DNA of 64,000 bases from Desulfomonilia bacterium (GTDB lineage Bacteria; Desulfobacterota; Desulfomonilia; UBA1062): contig CAXXDQ010000003.1 of NCBI GenBank assembly GCA_963664325.2, positions 1 through 64,000 on the forward strand. The letters are read 5' to 3'. Made by a program: the position numbers and the translations under genes. A model generated the notes under the pieces. That model worked only from the letters and a program-made list of their open reading frames with translations. It made no database searches and was not told the origin of the DNA. Shown in pieces: positions 41,771 to 52,035 of this stretch. Each line of letters begins with the position of its first letter. Position 1 is the stretch's first letter.

Positions 41771-42124
41771 ATGGATGCGAAACAGATTGTCACAAATTAT
41801 CATAATGCCTGGACCAGCGGCGACATTGAAACTGCGCGCGCTTACCTGGATGACGGTTTGGATTTTCAGGGAAGCATCGATACCTTCCACAGGGCGGATG
41901 ATTTTATTGCCGGTCTCACGATGTTTCAAAAGATGCTCCGGGGTGTGAACCTGATTCAAGGGCTCTATTCTGAGACAGGAGCCGCCCTGCTATATGACTG
42001 CGATACGATGAGCCCCGCGGGTGTTATCAGAACAGCGGAATTCTTTGAGGTCAGAGACGGCAAGATCAGATCCATCAGGCTGGTCTTTGATGCAACTGAG
42101 CTTCGCAAACTTATGGCTTCATAA
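41771..42124 (+). CDS. SnoaL/NTF2-like protein
   Basis: Y..AW..GD, F.V.DGKI.SI...FD. Confidence 0.8.
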   Translation: MDAKQIVTNYHNAWTSGDIETARAYLDDGLDFQGSIDTFHRADDFIAGLTMFQKMLRGVNLIQGLYSETGAALLYDCDTMSPAGVIRTAEFFEVRDGKIRSIRLVFDATELRKLMAS

Positions 42125-42238
42125 ACTGACAAAAGTATCGTTTTTAAACCCCGAAGGACTTTGCAGACCGCGAAACGGCGAAGGCAAGGGGTGAAACGTA
42201 CAAAAGCGTACGCCGCAACGGCGGGCCGGGAACGCAAT

Positions 42239-42311
42239 AAATTTTTGCATCACAAAAATTGACGCATCGAAGATGCTCCCGAAGGGTGAGGGCTATCTGC
42301 CCGAATCAAAG
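42239..42311. repeat. 73-bp multi-hairpin repeat, copy 1 (copy 2 at 63021-63093)
   Basis: 66/73 identity by manual alignment; four hairpins. Confidence 0.85.
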
Positions 42312-42359
42312 CAGGCCAAGGAGCGATGAAGGCAAGGAGTGAGACGCCCAATTAAATTT

Positions 42360-42484
42360 ATTCCGGTTAGCATTCAAGATTATGCCGAGGAGGCAAGGAG
42401 GGAGCGACGCAGACATACTTTGACGTATGTTGAGGAGCATTCCGACGCAGCCGACAACGGCAGGGCTTGAATGCAAATCGGAAT
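42360..42484. mobile_element. Putative MITE/REP-like element with 19-bp terminal inverted repeats
   Basis: attccggttagcattcaag ... cttgaatgcaaatcggaat (17/19 complementary); internal hairpin acatac-tttgac-gtatgt. Confidence 0.6.
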
Positions 42485-43776
42485 TATGGGTAGGCGCGGT
42501 ACATCATCCTGGGGAACGGGATGGTCTCACGCAGGTGCTCAAGCCCGCATATCCATGTCAGCGTGCGTTCGATGCCGAGCCCGAACCCCGAATGGGGAAC
42601 GCTTCCGTAGCGCCTCAAGTCTATGTACCAGCCGTAGCGTTCAGGGTCGAGTCCCTGCGCCTTGATTGCGGCAAGCAGGACATCGATGTTTTCCTCACGC
42701 TGGGAGCCGCCGATGATCTCGCCGTAACCCTCGGGTGCAAGCAGGTCGGCGCACATCACTATCTCTGGCCTTTCGGGGTGCTGCTTCATGTAAAAGGCCT
42801 TGGCCTCCCTGGGGTAGCATTCCACGAATATCGGCTTGTCGTAAAGATTCGTAAGGATGGTCTCGTCGGCTGCACCCAGGTCAGAGCCCCATTTTATTTC
42901 CGAACCGTTTTTATTGAGTATCCCTACGGCTTCGTCATACATGATATGGACAAAGGGCGGCACGATCTTCTTTAATGGCTCCAGGTCGCGCTCTAGCAGT
43001 CTGAGTTCGGCACCGCAATCCCTGATCGTGTTCTGGATAATGTTGGAAACAAAATCTTCCTGAAGCTCCATGTTTTTCCTGTGGTCATTGAACGCCACTT
43101 CCGCCTCGACCATCCAGAACTCTGTCAGGTGGCGGCGCGTCTTCGATTTCTCCGCCCTGAAGGTCGGACCGAAACAATAGGTTTTTCCGAAGGCGGCAAT
43201 GCAGGCTTCCAGATAAAGCTGGCCCGTCTGCGACAGATAAGCCTTGCCCATGTCGAAATAGTCCACTGAGAAAAGATTGGTCGAATCCTCACCGCAGGTT
43301 GTTGTAAATATAGGCGTGTCGATCAGGGTAAAGCCGTTATTAAAAAAATATTCCCTTACATGATGGACAAGGACGTTCCTGATCCTTAATATCGCTATCT
43401 GCCTTGGCGAGCGCACCCAGAGGTGGCGGTTCGTAAGCAGGAAATCAGGGCCATGCTCTTTCTTCGTAATCGGGAATTCTTCGGATTTCTGGACTATTTG
43501 AATATCGTTTGCAAGGAAATCATACCCGCCTGCCGCGCGTTCTTCATTTACTGCTTTTCCTGTTACGATCACCGACGATTCGATCGGGAGTTTTTTGATC
43601 TCTTCATAAAAATCACCGAAAGTATCTCTTTCTGCAATAACCTGACAAATTCCGGTCCCGTCCCTCATGAGCAGAAATGTTAGCCTGCCGCTCGAGCGGC
43701 GGTTGTAAACCCAGCCTTTTATGGTGACTTCTTCGCCTGTATGCGAACCAAATTCCTTAATAGTGCATTCTGCCAT
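42484..43776 (-). CDS. asnS: Asparagine--tRNA ligase
   Basis: OB fold RDGTG, YLSQTGQLYLE, FGPTFRAEKSKTRRHLTEFWMVE, PHSGFGLGIER. Confidence 0.96.
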   Translation of the reverse strand: MAECTIKEFGSHTGEEVTIKGWVYNRRSSGRLTFLLMRDGTGICQVIAERDTFGDFYEEIKKLPIESSVIVTGKAVNEERAAGGYDFLANDIQIVQKSEEFPITKKEHGPDFLLTNRHLWVRSPRQIAILRIRNVLVHHVREYFFNNGFTLIDTPIFTTTCGEDSTNLFSVDYFDMGKAYLSQTGQLYLEACIAAFGKTYCFGPTFRAEKSKTRRHLTEFWMVEAEVAFNDHRKNMELQEDFVSNIIQNTIRDCGAELRLLERDLEPLKKIVPPFVHIMYDEAVGILNKNGSEIKWGSDLGAADETILTNLYDKPIFVECYPREAKAFYMKQHPERPEIVMCADLLAPEGYGEIIGGSQREENIDVLLAAIKAQGLDPERYGWYIDLRRYGSVPHSGFGLGIERTLTWICGLEHLRETIPFPRMMYRAYP

Positions 43777-43895
43777 GATCTGCTCCTTATATTGACCTCA
43801 TGCCGCGATGATAAACAAATTTATCTTATCCTGTATGTCCTTAGCAATAATAAAGAATATTTGATCACGTTGTTTTAGCATGCTATTTTATCAAA

Positions 43896-44345
43896 ATGAA
43901 CAAATTCCAGAAGGCTGTAGCCACTTTTTTCGGTGTAGGTTTTGCACCCAAGGCATCAGGGACATTTGCATCTCTCGCCGCAATCCCCTTTTATCTTTTG
44001 CTGAGAAAGCTTTCATTGCCGCTGTATCTGCTGTCCATAGGAAAGATAGCGGCAGCAGGCATCTGGGCCTGCTCCGCCGCAGAAAAGGAATATGGAGAAG
44101 ACCCCTCTGAAGCGGTTATTGATGAAGTGGCGGGCATGCTCATAGGGCTTGTTTCCCGGACAAAGGACCCTAAAGAAATCACACTTGCTTTTCTGATATT
44201 CCGAGCTTTCGATATCATCAAGCCGGGAATAATCGGAACGCTCGACAAGAAGGTCAAAGGCGGACTAGGAATTATGGCTGATGATATTGCGGCAGGCATT
44301 TTCACCGCAGGGTGCATGGAAATAATACGCTGGATGAAAAGGTAG
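43896..44345 (+). CDS. pgpA: Phosphatidylglycerophosphatase A
   Basis: GTFASL, DPS.AVIDEVAG, FR.FDI.KP, GGLGIMADD. Confidence 0.93.
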   Translation: MNKFQKAVATFFGVGFAPKASGTFASLAAIPFYLLLRKLSLPLYLLSIGKIAAAGIWACSAAEKEYGEDPSEAVIDEVAGMLIGLVSRTKDPKEITLAFLIFRAFDIIKPGIIGTLDKKVKGGLGIMADDIAAGIFTAGCMEIIRWMKR

Positions 44346-44349
44346 GCAT

Positions 44350-45429
44350 ATGAAAGCGGCATTGATAATCACGGGTTCGGAAATCATTACAGGCAAACGT
44401 CAGGACGCCATTGTCCAGCCTTTTGCCGTTAAACTGCTGGCCAAAGGCATACCGGTTGCAGAGGTCAGGATGCTGGGTGACAGCCCGGCAGACCTTTCTG
44501 AAACAGTTGCCGGTATAAAGGCCGACCTTGTAATCGTAACCGGCGGGCTTGGAGAAACACCGGACGATACAACAAGAAAAGCCGTGGCGGCCATTCCCGG
44601 GGTACAAGACATGAACCCGATCGATAATCCTGTCGGCTCTGCAAAGGGCATCGACCTGAAATTTCCCGATAAGCGCGTGGTATTTTTCCCGGGCGTGCCG
44701 AGGGAGGCTTACGCCATGATTAATATAATCCTGGCAGGCATGCCTGATGCAACCCTGCCCACCGTAAACATACCGGTATTCGGCATGAGGGAGCAGGAGA
44801 TTGCAAAACAGATCGGCGTGCTGGCCGAGCGGTGCGGCTATCTGCCCAAGGACATGGAGATAACTGTAGTGGCGCCGGTTGAGCTTGAAAAACAGATAAG
44901 GGATATACTCGGAAGGCATGCCCTTGAAGAGGCCGACCTTTCGACGACCGTCGGGAAACTGCTTGAATCGAAAAGGCTCAGGTTCGCTGCGGCAGAATCA
45001 TGCACAGGCGGCCTTATCGGCCATCTCGTCACTTATGTCCCGGGGAGTTCGAAGTATTTTCTCGGCTCGGTTACGGCCTACGGCAATGATATCAAAACAG
45101 GCGTTCTCGGCGTTCCGGCCGATATGCTGGCCGGATACGGCGCTGTCAGCGAACAGGTGGCAGATGCGATGCTGACAGGCGTTTTAAAACTTACCAATGC
45201 CGATATAGGCGTTGCAACAACCGGCATTGCAGGGCCTGGCGGCGGAACAGCAGAAAAACCGGTAGGGACGGTATGGATTGCCGCAGGAACCATGGATGAA
45301 AGGGTAATCAGGAAGTTTAATTTCTGGTTCGACCGTCCCGGGAACAAGCTCATAAGCGCCAAGGTAGCCCTGTACATGCTGAGGACGTTTATTTATGATA
45401 AGGGCATTCATAGCTCTGCCTTTGCCTGA
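44350..45429 (+). CDS. cinA: CinA / nicotinamide-nucleotide amidohydrolase
   Basis: TGGLG.TPDD.T, FPGVP.E, AESCTGG, GAVSE, TTGIAGPGGGT.EKPVGTV. Confidence 0.92.
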   Translation: MKAALIITGSEIITGKRQDAIVQPFAVKLLAKGIPVAEVRMLGDSPADLSETVAGIKADLVIVTGGLGETPDDTTRKAVAAIPGVQDMNPIDNPVGSAKGIDLKFPDKRVVFFPGVPREAYAMINIILAGMPDATLPTVNIPVFGMREQEIAKQIGVLAERCGYLPKDMEITVVAPVELEKQIRDILGRHALEEADLSTTVGKLLESKRLRFAAAESCTGGLIGHLVTYVPGSSKYFLGSVTAYGNDIKTGVLGVPADMLAGYGAVSEQVADAMLTGVLKLTNADIGVATTGIAGPGGGTAEKPVGTVWIAAGTMDERVIRKFNFWFDRPGNKLISAKVALYMLRTFIYDKGIHSSAFA

Positions 45430-45946
45430 AGCCGTAAAGGATGCGCTCTTAGAGGTGTCCGGCGTGCTCAGGAAAACCGTCGATGCCAGATGGGTGAAAC
45501 CCGAGGCCATGCATCTGACAATGAAATTTCTTGGTGAAATCGATGAAAGCAATCTCGAAAGCATTGGGGGAAGACTTGATGAACTGGCGTTAAGTCAATT
45601 GCCGTTCAATATGAAACTTGAGGGACTGGGGGCATTCCCGTCCGAGAAAAGAGCCCGCGTGATATGGGCCGGAATTGATACCGACATTTCAAGATTACGC
45701 AAACTGGCAGAGTCAATAGATGACCTGTCGGCAGATTACGGGGTGGCAAAAGAGGGCAGGACTTTTACCGCTCATATTACCCTTGCTAGACTAAGGGAAC
45801 CTTCTATGATAAACCTTGACGTAAGGATGCAGGAGATTACTTTCATAATAGATAAAATGCATTTTTATAAGAGTGATCTGACGCCGCAGGGGGCAAGGTA
45901 TACTTTGCTTCACTCAAGCCCTTTTACGGGCAGACCGGGAGGATGA
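45395..45946 (+). CDS. thpR: RNA 2',3'-cyclic phosphodiesterase (2H family)
   Basis: Two HxT motifs ([14 protein letters not shown]). Confidence 0.92.
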   Translation: MIRAFIALPLPEAVKDALLEVSGVLRKTVDARWVKPEAMHLTMKFLGEIDESNLESIGGRLDELALSQLPFNMKLEGLGAFPSEKRARVIWAGIDTDISRLRKLAESIDDLSADYGVAKEGRTFTAHITLARLREPSMINLDVRMQEITFIIDKMHFYKSDLTPQGARYTLLHSSPFTGRPGG

Positions 45947-45947
45947 T

Positions 45948-46970
45948 ATGGAAAATGGAAGGAAAAGGGCGCTTGAAGACGCAATATCACGTATAGAGCG
46001 TTCATTCGGCAAGGGCACCATAATGCGCATGGGTTCGGATACCGTGCAGGCGGTGCCTGTAATCTCAACCGGTTCCATACTTCTTGACCACAGGGCGCTT
46101 GTAATTGGAGGAATTCCAAGGGGTCGTGTGACCGAGATCTACGGTGCGGAATCTTCGGGAAAAACGACACTGGCCCTTCATTGCATTGCATCAGCACAGG
46201 CGGCCGGCGGCACGGCGGCTTTCATAGATGCCGAGCATGCACTTGATATAAGCTATGCAAAGGCGCTGGGTGTCAATATTGACGACATGCTTGTTTCACA
46301 GCCGGATTCCGGCGAGCAGGCCCTGGATATTGCCGAGACCCTCGTGCGTTCGAACGCCATAGATATAGTCGTCATCGATTCCGTTGCAGCGCTGGTTCCC
46401 AGGGCTGAGATCGAGGGTGACATGGGCGATGCGCATATGGGACTTCAGGCAAGGCTTATGTCACAGGCGCTCAGGAAACTCTCGGGTGCAATATCCAAGA
46501 CCAACACAACAGCTGTATTCATAAACCAGACAAGGCAGAAGATCGGCGTAATGTACGGCAACCCGGAAACGACCACCGGCGGCAATGCGCTTAAATTCTA
46601 TGCATCGGTCAGGCTCCAGATAAAGAATATCGGTCCCATAAAGGACGGCAGCATGGTGACCGGAAACCGTACAAGGGTCAAGGTGGTCAAGAACAAGATG
46701 GCGCCGCCGTTCAAGGAAGTCGAGTTCGACATCATGTTCGGCGAGGGTATTTCCGCTCACGGAGAGGCGCTGGATGTCGGTTCCGAGCTTGGCATAGTGG
46801 AAAAAAGCGGTGCCTGGTTCAGCTACAACAAGCAGAGGCTGGGGCAGGGTCGTGAAATGGCAAAGGCCTTCCTGAAGGATAATCCGGCGGTATATGACGA
46901 TATCAGGGAAGCAATAAAGGTTAAGCTGGCGGCAGCCGCACCTGCGCCATCGACATTGAGTGAGGAATAA
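45948..46970 (+). CDS. recA: Recombinase A
   Basis: [36 protein letters not shown]. Confidence 0.98.
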   Translation: MENGRKRALEDAISRIERSFGKGTIMRMGSDTVQAVPVISTGSILLDHRALVIGGIPRGRVTEIYGAESSGKTTLALHCIASAQAAGGTAAFIDAEHALDISYAKALGVNIDDMLVSQPDSGEQALDIAETLVRSNAIDIVVIDSVAALVPRAEIEGDMGDAHMGLQARLMSQALRKLSGAISKTNTTAVFINQTRQKIGVMYGNPETTTGGNALKFYASVRLQIKNIGPIKDGSMVTGNRTRVKVVKNKMAPPFKEVEFDIMFGEGISAHGEALDVGSELGIVEKSGAWFSYNKQRLGQGREMAKAFLKDNPAVYDDIREAIKVKLAAAAPAPSTLSEE

Positions 46971-46971
46971 T

Positions 46972-48168
46972 ATGAAAGGTGGAGATCCGTTTCTCGGTGT
47001 AAGTATTGACGATATACTGAACACGGCTGTTCAGATGAACGCCTCCGACATCCATCTCAAGGTGGGGTTGCCGCCTGTTTCAAGAAAATTCGGGGCGCTT
47101 ATCCCGCTAAGAGACTATCCAAGGATGACAAATGAAATACTGTCTTCCATTATCGATTCGATCCTTAACCCCTACCAGAGGGCAAAATTTGACACCACGA
47201 ACGAAATTGACCTTGCATACAGTCTTGAGGAGATCGCCAGGTTCAGGGTAAACTGTTTCCGCCAGAGGGATCACCTCGGTATGGTATTCAGGATAGTGCC
47301 CACGAATCCGCCTCAAATAGACGACCTCAACCTTCCTGAAGTCATCAAAAAGATAAGCATGGAGCAGAAGGGGCTTATCCTTGTAACCGGTACCACGGGT
47401 TCAGGCAAGTCGACCACGCTTGCATCTATGGTGAATCACATCAATACGAACAGGAACTGCCATATCCTGACAATCGAGGACCCGATCGAGTTTCTGCACA
47501 AGGACAGGAAATCCATAATAAACCAGAGGGAAGTGGGCACTGATACTAATTCCTTTTCAATGGCCTTAAGGGCCGCCCTCAGACAGGATCCCGATGTAAT
47601 TCTGGTCGGAGAAATGCGCGACAAGGAAACCATAGAAATTGCATTGACCGCAGCGGAAACAGGCCATCTGGTCATGTCCACACTGCACACGCTGGATGCG
47701 GTTGAAAGCATCATGCGAATAATAGCGGTCTATCCGCCCCATCAGCATCAGCAGATAAGGCTTCAGCTTGCAGGCGTCCTGAAGGCTATTATTTCACAGA
47801 GGCTCCTGCCCATGAAAAGCAGCAAGGGAATGGTGCCTGCCGTCGAAGTGCTGGTGGCCACATCGCTTATAAAGGAGTGCATAACAGAAGAGCACAGGAC
47901 CAACGAGATTCCTGACGCCATTGCACAGGGCCATATAAACTACGGTATGCAGACATTCGACCAGTCGCTGATGACTCTGGTCAAGAACGAGCTGGTTCAT
48001 TATCACGATGCCATGAGATATTCAACCAACCCGAATGACTTTGCTTTGAGAATGAAAGGCATCATGGGTACAAGCGACAGCAAGTGGGATGCCTTCGAGG
48101 CTACGACCGGCATGTCACAGACCGAAGATGAGGCGCCCAATCAGGAATCGGGGAATGAAAAGCTTTAA
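46972..48168 (+). CDS. pilT: Type IV pilus retraction ATPase PilT
   Basis: ASDIHL, GTTGSGKSTT, TIEDPIE, LRQDPDVILVGEMRD, AAETGHLV.STLHT, GMQTFDQ. Confidence 0.95.
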   Translation: MKGGDPFLGVSIDDILNTAVQMNASDIHLKVGLPPVSRKFGALIPLRDYPRMTNEILSSIIDSILNPYQRAKFDTTNEIDLAYSLEEIARFRVNCFRQRDHLGMVFRIVPTNPPQIDDLNLPEVIKKISMEQKGLILVTGTTGSGKSTTLASMVNHINTNRNCHILTIEDPIEFLHKDRKSIINQREVGTDTNSFSMALRAALRQDPDVILVGEMRDKETIEIALTAAETGHLVMSTLHTLDAVESIMRIIAVYPPHQHQQIRLQLAGVLKAIISQRLLPMKSSKGMVPAVEVLVATSLIKECITEEHRTNEIPDAIAQGHINYGMQTFDQSLMTLVKNELVHYHDAMRYSTNPNDFALRMKGIMGTSDSKWDAFEATTGMSQTEDEAPNQESGNEKL

Positions 48169-48600
48169 TTCAAAGGAAGAGGCCGTAAGCTATTGCCTGA
48201 ATATCCTTTCCAGGCGCGCCGCAAGCTCCTTTGAATTAAAAAAAAACTCTCGGCAAAAGGAACAGACGAGAAGATAATCTCGCTTGCAATTGAACGTATC
48301 AGCGAGCTCGGATACATTGACGATGCGGCTTATTCAAACCGGCGTGCCCAGCTCCTTGCCGGCCGGTTTTACGGAGATTACTACATAAGGTATCAGCTTA
48401 TTCATGAGGGCATACCCGAGGATATGGCCGACAAGGCTGTTGCAGCTATTCCCGAGGGGCTTTCTGAAGAGAAAAGGATTATCGGGTATACTGAAAAGTT
48501 GAAAGATCGCAGGAAAGACCTTGTTCGGGTACTTGCCAATCGCGGGTTTTCCTTTGACAGCATATACAAAACAACTGGAATTTACGGAGTCGAGACATGA
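48155..48600 (+). CDS. recX: Regulatory protein RecX; one frameshift at the A9 run 48238-48246
   Basis: ILSRRAASSFEL, then in the shifted frame LGYIDDAAY...YG...I..QL...GI...L.NRGFS, ending TGA 48598-48600; position between recA/pilT and alaS. Confidence 0.8.
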
Positions 48601-51215
48601 AAGGTTCAGAGGTCAGGGAAAAGTTTCTCAGGTATTTCGAGGAAAAGGGACATACAATTGTCAAAAGTTCATCATTGGTGCCGGGCGACGACCCGAGCCT
48701 TTTGTTCACCAATGCCGGTATGAACCAGTTCAAGCCGGTTTTCCTGGGCAGTGAAACCCGGCCGTATACCAGGGCCACTACAGCACAGAAATGCGTGCGT
48801 GCAGGCGGCAAGCACAATGACCTTGAAAACGTCGGGTACACGGCCAGGCATCATACTTTTTTTGAGATGCTCGGCAACTTCTCCTTCGGTGATTATTTCA
48901 AGGAAGGCGCTATCGTTTATGCATGGGATATCCTCACAAACGTCTATAAGCTGGATGCCGGACGGCTTATTGCGAGCGTTCATCACACGGACGATGAAGC
49001 GTATGACATCTGGCGCAACAGGATAGGTGTGCCTGAAGAAAGGATCGTTCGCCTGGGCGATAAGGATAATTTCTGGTCCATGGGTGATACAGGGCCATGC
49101 GGGCCGTGCTCGGAGATAATATTCGACCAGGGGCCGACGGTCGGGTGCGGCAGAAAAGAGTGCAACGTGGAATGCGGTTGCGACAGGTTTTTGGAGATAT
49201 GGAACCTGGTTTTCATGCAGTATGACAAGAAGGCCGACGGCACAATGACCCCCCTGCCGAAGCCGAGCATAGATACCGGAATGGGGCTTGAACGGATAAC
49301 GGCAATACTTCAGGGCGTTCCCAGCAATTATATGACAGACCTTTTCATGCCTCTGATCGGGTTTACCTCAACTCTAGCCAACAGGGAATACGGCAATGAC
49401 CCGGAAATGGACACTTCCGTAAGGGTGATAGCCGATCATGCAAGGGCCTGCGCATTCCTTATAAGCGACGGGATACTTCCCTCCAATGACGGCCGCGGAT
49501 ATGTATTGAGGCGTATAATCAGGCGCGCCTCGCGCCACGGCAGGTTCCTCGGCATAGACGGCGCATTCCTGCACAAGGTGGCCATGAAGGTTGTTGAGGA
49601 GTTCGGCGGAACATACCCTGAACTGGCTCAGCGCAGGGATTTTATCGACAAGGTCATTGCCAATGAAGAGGAGCGTTTCCTCGTGACTCTGGATAAAGGA
49701 CTTGCCCTCCTGTCCGAGGCCATGTCGGATTTAAAGCCGCAGGCCTTGATTGACGGTGCAACAATATTCAAGCTCTATGATACCTTCGGCTTTCCCCTTG
49801 ACCTCACCGAAGACATTGCAAGGAGAAAAGGTTTCGGAATAGACCGGGAAGGCTTTGATGCCCAGATGGAACTCCAGCGTGAAAGAGCGCGTGCCGGCAG
49901 CTCGTTTGCTGATGCCGACTCAGGGAAAAACATATTTTCAGAAATGGAAAAGACGCGGTTCGTGGGGTATGAAACGCTTATAGAAGATGCGGTGGTCAAG
50001 TCTATTTTATCTGCTGATAATATCGAACCGATCGATATCCTCACTGCCGGACAGACAGGCCTGGTGATAACCGACAGGACCCCGTTTTATGGAGAATCAG
50101 GAGGCCAGGTGGGAGATACCGGCATTATTGAGACCGGCGGGTTTGAGGCCGTCGTCACAGACACGCTAAAGAAGGAAGACGTGATCCTTCACAAGGTCAG
50201 TGTCACAAAAGGCTCCCTCAAGGCAGATACCGGGGTTAGGTTTGTTGTCGATGCCGCCAGGCGAAAGGCCATTGCCCGACATCACAGCGCAACGCACCTG
50301 CTCCAGAAGGGAATTCGGGATGTTCTCGGGACACATGCTCATCAGAGCGGGTCCTACGTAAGCGATGAAAGGCTGAGATTCGACTTTACTCACTTTGCCT
50401 CTCTGGAAAAGGATGATATCGCCAGGATTGAAGACATTGTAAACGGCCTTGTGCTGGCCGACCTTCCCATATGCACTGAACTAGCGGCCAAGGAAGACGC
50501 CATGTCAAAGGGCGCCATGGCGCTGTTCACCGAAAAATATGCAGACGAGGTAAGGGTTGTTACAATGGGAAATGGCGTCTCTGTCGAACTCTGCGGCGGT
50601 ACGCACGTAAGAACCACCGGCGAGATAGGCCTTGTCAAGATAATATCGGAATCAAGCGTTTCTGCAGGCCTAAGGCGCATCGAGGCTGTTGCCGGGCTTT
50701 CTTCTCTCAGGTACCTGAGAGAACTGGACAGCATGGTAAAGGCATCGGCAGATGCACTTAAATGCGCTATCCCTGATGTACCCGAGAGGATAGCCTTGCA
50801 GCATGCCCGCCTGAAAGAACAGGATGCGAAAATCAAGGAACTGAACATAAAAATTGCAACCGGCACGGGCACCGGCGGCGAAGAGGAATTAACCCTCGAT
50901 TCCTTTAAGGCAGTCATAAAAAGGGTTGCGGCCGAGGATATTCCGCAGCTCAGGGAAGTGGGCGACAAAATAAAGGAACGTATCAAATCGGGCGTTATAT
51001 TTCTGGCGGCACCCGGCGGAGACAAGTCGACTTTCATGATAATGCTGACAAACGACCTTTCGGGAAAACTGGATGCCGGCGCTATAATGAAAACCATCCT
51101 GGCAGAAGTTGGAGGCCGCGGCGGAGGAAAGGCGCTTTTTGCACAGGGCGGGGCCGATGCCGGTAAGCTTGAGAATGCAATCAATGCATTTAAAACAGCC
51201 ATAAAGGGGGCATGA
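48597..51215 (+). CDS. alaS: Alanine--tRNA ligase
   Basis: LLFTNAGMNQFK, RHHTFFEMLGNFSFGDYFK, HSATHLL, ELCGGTHV, GGRGGG. Confidence 0.98.
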   Translation: MKGSEVREKFLRYFEEKGHTIVKSSSLVPGDDPSLLFTNAGMNQFKPVFLGSETRPYTRATTAQKCVRAGGKHNDLENVGYTARHHTFFEMLGNFSFGDYFKEGAIVYAWDILTNVYKLDAGRLIASVHHTDDEAYDIWRNRIGVPEERIVRLGDKDNFWSMGDTGPCGPCSEIIFDQGPTVGCGRKECNVECGCDRFLEIWNLVFMQYDKKADGTMTPLPKPSIDTGMGLERITAILQGVPSNYMTDLFMPLIGFTSTLANREYGNDPEMDTSVRVIADHARACAFLISDGILPSNDGRGYVLRRIIRRASRHGRFLGIDGAFLHKVAMKVVEEFGGTYPELAQRRDFIDKVIANEEERFLVTLDKGLALLSEAMSDLKPQALIDGATIFKLYDTFGFPLDLTEDIARRKGFGIDREGFDAQMELQRERARAGSSFADADSGKNIFSEMEKTRFVGYETLIEDAVVKSILSADNIEPIDILTAGQTGLVITDRTPFYGESGGQVGDTGIIETGGFEAVVTDTLKKEDVILHKVSVTKGSLKADTGVRFVVDAARRKAIARHHSATHLLQKGIRDVLGTHAHQSGSYVSDERLRFDFTHFASLEKDDIARIEDIVNGLVLADLPICTELAAKEDAMSKGAMALFTEKYADEVRVVTMGNGVSVELCGGTHVRTTGEIGLVKIISESSVSAGLRRIEAVAGLSSLRYLRELDSMVKASADALKCAIPDVPERIALQHARLKEQDAKIKELNIKIATGTGTGGEEELTLDSFKAVIKRVAAEDIPQLREVGDKIKERIKSGVIFLAAPGGDKSTFMIMLTNDLSGKLDAGAIMKTILAEVGGRGGGKALFAQGGADAGKLENAINAFKTAIKGA

Positions 51216-51793
51216 TGAGAAAGGCGACAGTTAAAAGAAACACAAAAGAGACCGATATTGCAGTAACCGTAAACCTTGACGGCGGAAAATGCCTCATCGA
51301 CATACCGTCCGGATTCCTGACACACATGCTGGACTCTTTTGCCAGGCATTCGGGCATGGGGCTCACCGTGAAGGCGCAGGGGGATATCCAGGTGGATATG
51401 CACCATACGGTCGAGGACATAGGCATTGTGCTCGGGCAGGCTATAAGGGACGCCCTTGGAAGCAAAAAAGGCATAAACAGATACGGTTTTGCAAAGCTCC
51501 CCATGGACGAGGCCCTTGTGGAAGTATCTCTTGACCTTTCGGGCCGGCCTTATTTCATGATACACGGCGAAGAAGATTTTTTCGGACAGGTGGGAGATAT
51601 TGAACTTGACCTAATACCTGAATTCCTGAAGGCGCTGGTCTTCAATGCAGGCATCTCCATGCATATGAGCGTGATCTCTTCCGGCAACGCCCATCATCTG
51701 GCCGAGTGCTGCTTCAAGGCCTTTGCAAGGGCGATAAGGGATGCGGCGGCAATCACCGGGGAGGATGTGCCATCAACCAAGGAAGTCCTTTAA
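51212..51793 (+). CDS. hisB: Imidazoleglycerol-phosphate dehydratase
   Basis: R.TKETDI, DMHHTVED, PMDEAL, NAHHLAE..FKA, PSTK. Confidence 0.96.
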   Translation: MMRKATVKRNTKETDIAVTVNLDGGKCLIDIPSGFLTHMLDSFARHSGMGLTVKAQGDIQVDMHHTVEDIGIVLGQAIRDALGSKKGINRYGFAKLPMDEALVEVSLDLSGRPYFMIHGEEDFFGQVGDIELDLIPEFLKALVFNAGISMHMSVISSGNAHHLAECCFKAFARAIRDAAAITGEDVPSTKEVL

Positions 51794-51852
51794 GGTATCT
51801 GCACACCAGAGTCAGAACAAAAGATTCGAACAGGCATCCGGGCAGGCCAGAT

Positions 51853-52035
51853 ATGGTCGAACTTGAAGGGGTGATGACCGAGGTCGAGGATATAATCGAC
51901 CGCTGGGTTTCCGCACACAAAGACCCTGAGGATTTTCCGAGCGAATACTGGAAGATAAAGGTGTCGGGAAAGAAGTATATTCTCATGTACAATACGCTGT
52001 TTGACAGCTGGTGGCTCAAGGAGTGCGAGAAATGA
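51853..52035 (+). CDS. Small hypothetical protein (EV..IIDRW...YWKI....YIL.Y....D.W.L); start uncertain
   Basis: Fills the hisB-hisA gap; its stop overlaps the hisA start (ATGA); the frame is open further upstream. Confidence 0.55.
   Translation: MVELEGVMTEVEDIIDRWVSAHKDPEDFPSEYWKIKVSGKKYILMYNTLFDSWWLKECEK

Noticed and set aside
42239-42311. Cloverleaf repeat as a tRNA or CRISPR repeat
   Set aside because: No TTC T-loop, 7-nt anticodon loop or acceptor stem/CCA; the copies are 21 kb apart, not regularly spaced.
46075-46110. RecA with one extra residue ([11 protein letters not shown])
   Set aside because: Could be local sequence error given the other indels in this assembly; all catalytic motifs are normal.
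46972-48168. pilT located between recA and recX as a novel association
   Set aside because: The recA-pilT-recX-alaS order is already known from Geobacter-type genomes.
48238-48246. A9 run in recX as phase variation or programmed frameshift
   Set aside because: A homopolymer one base short is the commonest long-read error, and similar errors occur in rlmB and smc.
50390-51565. 391-aa antisense ORF (also 29702-30598 and other long antisense ORFs)
   Set aside because: Shadow ORFs opposite well-conserved genes (alaS/hisB, helicase); no motifs.
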